A stretch of DNA of 64,000 bases from a virus (Duplodnaviria > Heunggongvirae > Uroviricota > Caudoviricetes), in IMG/VR virus record IMGVR_UViG_3300032116_012976. The stretch is one strand, 5' to 3'. This document shows positions 59,932 to 64,000 of this stretch, piece after piece. Each line of letters starts with the position of its first letter. Position 1 is the stretch's first letter. Under the pieces are notes generated by a model. It searched no databases, was not told the DNA's origin, and saw nothing but the letters and a program-made list of their open reading frames with translations. A program made the translations under genes and the position numbers.

Positions 59932-60229
59932 TGGGGTACACTTGTTCCCCTTGTGTTAACAGCATGACTGTGAATTTGTCAGTCTTGAACTGTGCATTTA
60001 ATTTTTTTGCCAAATTTTTAGCATGCCCTGGATTTGAGAAACTGACTTTTTTGTACTTGGGTCCGGGGTATTGCGTAAGCATGTTACCAGTCTTGAGATT
60101 GATTGGCTTTTGATCGTAAAAGACCGCCCACACACCTTCAGAGGCCAATACTTGTTCGGTCTTATAGGTTTGTTTCTCAGTGTGCTCAATTAGAACTAGC
60201 GGTTTGGGTCTACTCATATTTTCTCCCAA
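59921..60229 (-). CDS. hypothetical protein
   Basis: 102-aa ORF. Confidence 0.5.
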   Translation of the reverse strand: MGENMSRPKPLVLIEHTEKQTYKTEQVLASEGVWAVFYDQKPINLKTGNMLTQYPGPKYKKVSFSNPGHAKNLAKKLNAQFKTDKFTVMLLTQGEQVYPNVN

Positions 60230-60247
60230 GTTTATTTATCTAATAAA

Positions 60248-60463
60248 CTAGGTGTTTTTGAAGCTTCCGCCTGCGAGTTCTACCGTAATCACTTCATTGG
60301 AATTTGTAGCAGTGTTTGACCGTAGTTCTTCCAAAGTTACCAATAGCTTGGTAATGTCTGCATGCAGATCCTTAGCGTCACGAAGTGTCATGATAAAATC
60401 ACGTTGGTTGCGTGACTCATGCGCCTTGATAGAATCAACAAATCGGTGTATGTGTAAACTCAT
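60248..60463 (-). CDS. hypothetical protein
   Basis: 71-aa ORF, ATGA-coupled. Confidence 0.45.
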   Translation of the reverse strand: MSLHIHRFVDSIKAHESRNQRDFIMTLRDAKDLHADITKLLVTLEELRSNTATNSNEVITVELAGGSFKNT

Positions 60464-60828
60464 TTTTTAAGATATGGGTTGAGATCAGGTGGCGTCCAGC
60501 CTACAGGTTTGAGTACCTTACCATCTTCGCGCTTGCGAACCTTGCCGGTGTCTCGATCAATCTTGGCAAAGTTAGTTTTCATGACTTCTTTCCAAGCACC
60601 TTCGGCATCTGCGCCCATACTGTGTAATGCACCAATAGTAACAACCAAAATGTCAATAAGTGCATCAACAGTTTCGACTTGGTCGTGTGCTGTGATTGCA
60701 TCAGCCAATTCGTTGGCTTCTTCTTCAATCAATGTAACATACAAGTTAAATTGATCTTTGTTAAACTCGTTGACACTTTGGTCGCAAGCCTTCATAAATT
60801 TTTCTTGATCTCTAAACGGATTGGTCAT
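60460..60828 (-). CDS. mazG: MazG-like nucleoside triphosphate pyrophosphohydrolase
   Basis: LIEEEANELADAI...VDALIDILVVTIGALHSMG (EExxE...D pattern). Start moved to the ATGA junction at 60828. Confidence 0.6.
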   Translation of the reverse strand: MTNPFRDQEKFMKACDQSVNEFNKDQFNLYVTLIEEEANELADAITAHDQVETVDALIDILVVTIGALHSMGADAEGAWKEVMKTNFAKIDRDTGKVRKREDGKVLKPVGWTPPDLNPYLKK

Positions 60829-61451
60829 AAGTTCTCCCGAAGTTCCCAAAGTGCTACCCAGCCATTAGATTTTGGAAAATAACTGGTTTGTAATTTATGT
60901 GATATTTTTAAATCATATCCCATATTTGACAGTGATTGATTAATAATAAAGAAGGGAGTTTTAAAATTGACCCCACAATGCTTCCAAGATTTTCGAAGTT
61001 GTCTCGACCCGCTGATATTAATATCTTCTGGTAGATAAGCTAACGGATGCTCGGCAGTTACACAATCAAGCATTATGTATTTTGGTGTATTATAATTTAC
61101 AAATAGTTCCAACAGATGCAATGAACTATGATGATGATACAACACACCAAAACAAATTACAACATCAAATGGTTTAGCATCTCTCATAAGCCAAACATCA
61201 TCAACCACAACTTTGTCTACTCCAGGAATATCTTCTAATGTAGATTGGTGAACTATATTCCCTTCAATGCATTCTAAGTAACATGGTGCATGTTTTGCAA
61301 TTAATTTAGTGTGTTTTCCAACATGCGGCCCTACTTCAAGTACTCGAGCATTAGCACATACCTTCAAATAGTTTTCATCTATAAAATTATAATATTCAGT
61401 CTCATTACCAGTAACAGTTTTTACATCTTCTTTAAAGTCATAAGGATGCAT
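60825..61451 (-). CDS. putative class I methyltransferase
   Basis: Motif-I-like VLEVGPHVGKHT, then DVVICFGVLYHH. Confidence 0.45.
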   Translation of the reverse strand: MHPYDFKEDVKTVTGNETEYYNFIDENYLKVCANARVLEVGPHVGKHTKLIAKHAPCYLECIEGNIVHQSTLEDIPGVDKVVVDDVWLMRDAKPFDVVICFGVLYHHHSSLHLLELFVNYNTPKYIMLDCVTAEHPLAYLPEDINISGSRQLRKSWKHCGVNFKTPFFIINQSLSNMGYDLKISHKLQTSYFPKSNGWVALWELRENL

Positions 61452-61881
61452 TTGCTTGCTCCTCGGTGTAAAATGGTCCTTGATAGGTATAACGTTCTAG
61501 CACAATTAGTTTGGGATTCTGTAGCACTTTCCAACTGCGATGTTGTTTGATCGAATACCATCCGGCAGCAAACCATGATTTGCTTTTGGTTGTTTTGGTA
61601 AACAACGGCAATTTTAACTGCACATTCCACATGCCATTGTGTGTTCGGCAACCTGTAGGATAACCATGCACACAATCTTTTGGAATAGGCGTGACATGTT
61701 CTGGTTCAGCAAATTCAATGTTGGCCTGTCGGCGCAACATTCGAATGGTTTTAAATTTAGCAACCTTGTTGCGGATGGTAAGAGCAAACCCACCATCTAC
61801 AGCTTGAACGTTGCCAATTTTTTCATCGTCTTGTTTGAGTATCCAGTATTGATTGTCAATTACCGGTTTTGCTACTATCAT
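61438..61881 (-). CDS. hypothetical protein
   Basis: 147-aa ORF. Confidence 0.5.
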   Translation of the reverse strand: MIVAKPVIDNQYWILKQDDEKIGNVQAVDGGFALTIRNKVAKFKTIRMLRRQANIEFAEPEHVTPIPKDCVHGYPTGCRTHNGMWNVQLKLPLFTKTTKSKSWFAAGWYSIKQHRSWKVLQNPKLIVLERYTYQGPFYTEEQANASL

Positions 61882-62912
61882 TTTAACACTCCTTGATATG
61901 TTTGATTCAGCCAGCGACCAATTGGTTCGGCTTGGTCACTCAGCTTGGTAAGCTCATACTTGCCACAGAACTTGAGAAAGTGTGCGCCCACCATCCCTAT
62001 GTCTTTGTTACTGACTTGTTCACCAATCACAGCATCCACAGTATCTTTTACTTCTTGTGGTTGTGCAGTAAGGTCAATTAGTGTGACATTGCGTTCGTAG
62101 TCTTCGAGCACCTTGTGTTCTTTTTCTTCGTGGTCGGTCCAACGTTGCAACATGAGATTGTTCCAATTGTAGCCTTTTTTGTTGCGATCTTCAAATGCTT
62201 CTGTAATGCCTACACGATTCTTTGTGCCTTTTACTGGTGCACCAGGGTATGCTGAGAACACATTGTCGCCGGGATCACCGCGCACACATTTCAAGAACAG
62301 CACCCATTTCTGATAGTCAGTTGGGGCCACAAAGCTCCGGTCGGCTTTGCCTACTTTGATCTTTGAATTGCTTTCGATTGTGAAACTCAATTTGTTGCCT
62401 TTGGCATCAGTTACGCCATCAATACTGAACAGGTGGTCGTTTATGCCATTGTACAATTGCACATTTGGTGCAACCAACTGAACGAAGTCTGAATCACTGC
62501 TGACAATAATATGTTCATCTTGGGGGTGTAGTGCAATCCAGCGGCCTATGATATCGTCCGCTTCTGCTGTTGCGCAACGAATCACGCTACAATTTGTTTT
62601 CTCAGACAAGTATTTAGTCAGCTCATCATAGGTTTCCCAAAACAACTTGTCCTCTTCTGCTTCAGTTTCACTCATGGCACCACGGGCCACAGCACGATTA
62701 GCTTTGTAGGGCTTGTAGTGATCTTTACGCCAGCTACGCCCTTCTAGTGCAAAAACCACATGGTCTACACCAAAACGCCTAGCTACTTTATTTGCACTCA
62801 TCATGGTCAAGTGCAGTGCAAAGCCTAATTTAGTCCATGTGTCGCTGGCCCTGTGTGCTGAATGGCGGGCACGGAAAAACATGTTAGCAGTATCAATCAG
62901 TAGATATTTCAT
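61878..62912 (-). CDS. 5'-3' exonuclease / flap endonuclease (T4 RNase H-like)
   Basis: N-terminal YLLIDTANMFFRARH PIN-like motif, EADDIIG, SSDSDFVQL acidic clusters. Confidence 0.8.
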   Translation of the reverse strand: MKYLLIDTANMFFRARHSAHRASDTWTKLGFALHLTMMSANKVARRFGVDHVVFALEGRSWRKDHYKPYKANRAVARGAMSETEAEEDKLFWETYDELTKYLSEKTNCSVIRCATAEADDIIGRWIALHPQDEHIIVSSDSDFVQLVAPNVQLYNGINDHLFSIDGVTDAKGNKLSFTIESNSKIKVGKADRSFVAPTDYQKWVLFLKCVRGDPGDNVFSAYPGAPVKGTKNRVGITEAFEDRNKKGYNWNNLMLQRWTDHEEKEHKVLEDYERNVTLIDLTAQPQEVKDTVDAVIGEQVSNKDIGMVGAHFLKFCGKYELTKLSDQAEPIGRWLNQTYQGVLK

Positions 62913-63621
62913 TAGGGCGGTCCAGAAGTTTGTGTTCCTTCAAGTATTGTAACACATATTCCGACCAAAATCTATGACCATCGGCTCCAAAGTGATAACT
63001 TTTGGGATTCACATGCTCAAATCCGTTGTTTTTTAGTATGGCATTCCAACTGTGGTCTCTTGAATATGGCTCAATGTAATGCCCTTGCCAATCTCTTAGA
63101 TTAAATAAATCACTAAATGTACTGTTGCCACTGTAGAATAAATGTCGTACATTTAGATCTTTCAACCGACAATGCAGGTGCCATATTTTGTTATGCCATT
63201 CATCTGTTTTTTGAGTCCAGTTGACATCCAAAATGTACTGACGATACCTATCTTCAAGCTCTGGTGGTACCATGTCCACACCACTGGCGTTTACTTGATA
63301 GCATCGGCCTTCATACTCCCATTCTTCTCGTTCCCAAGTGGTCCATTGGATTACCATCACAGTGTCATACAAACGGCTATAGTTCTCATGAATCCACTTG
63401 TTAGTGGTACGCAGTATGCGGTCATTGCTGGCTGCTGACTCAGCATCACAGTAAAATTCAGTGTTGAGCATTCGGCTCAATTGCTTGCCCCAGCTGGCTT
63501 CCAAGTTGATTGGATGAGGTCTACGGTCAATGCCATATCTACCATCATCCACAGCAAAGCAATCAGGCACCACTGCTTCGGCAGCCGCTGTATGGCTGCA
63601 TCCATTTACATACAAGATCAT
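62893..63621 (-). CDS. hypothetical protein, possible divergent SGNH-like hydrolase
   Basis: N-terminal MILYVNGCSHTAAAE resembles a GDS block with Cys in place of Asp. C-terminal ...FGADGH. Confidence 0.35.
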   Translation of the reverse strand: MILYVNGCSHTAAAEAVVPDCFAVDDGRYGIDRRPHPINLEASWGKQLSRMLNTEFYCDAESAASNDRILRTTNKWIHENYSRLYDTVMVIQWTTWEREEWEYEGRCYQVNASGVDMVPPELEDRYRQYILDVNWTQKTDEWHNKIWHLHCRLKDLNVRHLFYSGNSTFSDLFNLRDWQGHYIEPYSRDHSWNAILKNNGFEHVNPKSYHFGADGHRFWSEYVLQYLKEHKLLDRPNEISTD

Positions 63622-64000
63622 TTTTGTAGCAGTACTTTTTCGGTCTCTGCGGCAACCACACGCTTGCGCAGGCTACTGGATGAGAATGAGTGATCTCGGC
63701 CGTTGAATACTAGTTCAATCCCGCGGTCATAGCATTCGTCGCGACCGGTAAAGTCTTTGTGTTCGTATTCTACTCCCAGTACTCGAACATCTAATGGCAG
63801 AATTAGTAGAAGGTCACGTAGATCTTGTTCGGTTTGGTACACAACAACTTCATCAACGTAACGGCATGCAGCCAGCTGTATCTGTCTCTCCACAATACTT
63901 TGTATCGGACGATTCTTAGTCTCAGGCCTATCGATAGTTGGGTCCGTTTGGAGCCCACAGATGAGGTAGTCACAGTGATTTTTTGCTTCAGAAAGCATGG
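63618..64000 (-). CDS. cytidylyltransferase-family nucleotidyltransferase (RfaE-II/TagD-like), 5' end outside window
   Basis: ...YLICGLQTDPTIDRPETKNRPIQSIVERQIQLAACRYVDEVVVY. The upstream HxGH motif region is missing, so the gene probably continues past base 64000. Confidence 0.6.
   Translation of the reverse strand, partial: MLSEAKNHCDYLICGLQTDPTIDRPETKNRPIQSIVERQIQLAACRYVDEVVVYQTEQDLRDLLLILPLDVRVLGVEYEHKDFTGRDECYDRGIELVFNGRDHSFSSSSLRKRVVAAETEKVLLQK

Overview
Hand annotation only: no homology search, tRNA scanner or folding program was run. The window looks like part of a large tailed-phage (jumbo-type) genome. Genes are packed end to end, mostly on the minus strand, with many ATGA/TAATG stop-start overlaps. 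Four blocks stand out. (1) 1..21400 is a biosynthetic island. It holds six radical-SAM paralogs (one partial, one displaced to 40403), six paralogs of a putative fucosyltransferase-like glycosyltransferase family, SGNH hydrolases, a carbamoyltransferase, an amidinotransferase, a DegT-type aminotransferase, an SDR epimerase/dehydratase and a 1199-aa protein built from about 10 tandem 'DPPYIYVFGNQW' repeats. (2) 21400..36400 is a phage-like block: ThyX, an AAA+/vWA (CobS/CobT-like) pair, fatty-acid desaturases, an Asp/Asn beta-hydroxylase-like enzyme, TauD-like oxygenases, an RNA polymerase omega-like protein, and rubrerythrin plus a separate rubredoxin. (3) 36479..49077 is a very large minus-strand tRNA array. 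I hand-folded 30 tRNAs covering all 20 amino acids, all with encoded CCA, and it also has two tRNA-like elements and a circularly permuted two-piece tmRNA with tag ANDEKFLMAA. The array is interleaved with ORF-poor, GNRA-tetraloop-rich blocks (42401..42818, 42994..44014, 44987..45780). These look like large structured ncRNAs and are my best candidates for something undescribed. A family of conserved 'clamp' stems sits just 5' of several tRNAs. A porin, a short KAS I/II-like ketosynthase and a third desaturase are embedded in the array. (4) 49100..64000 holds small phage ORFs, an SPFH protein, a GIY-YIG nuclease, an AsnB-like amidotransferase, two more GT paralogs, MazG, a FEN/5'-3' exonuclease and a partial cytidylyltransferase. 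A strongly conserved host-type promoter family (TTGACC-N17-TGnTATAAT) drives minus-strand units. Product names come from motif recognition in the supplied translations and should be confirmed by search.
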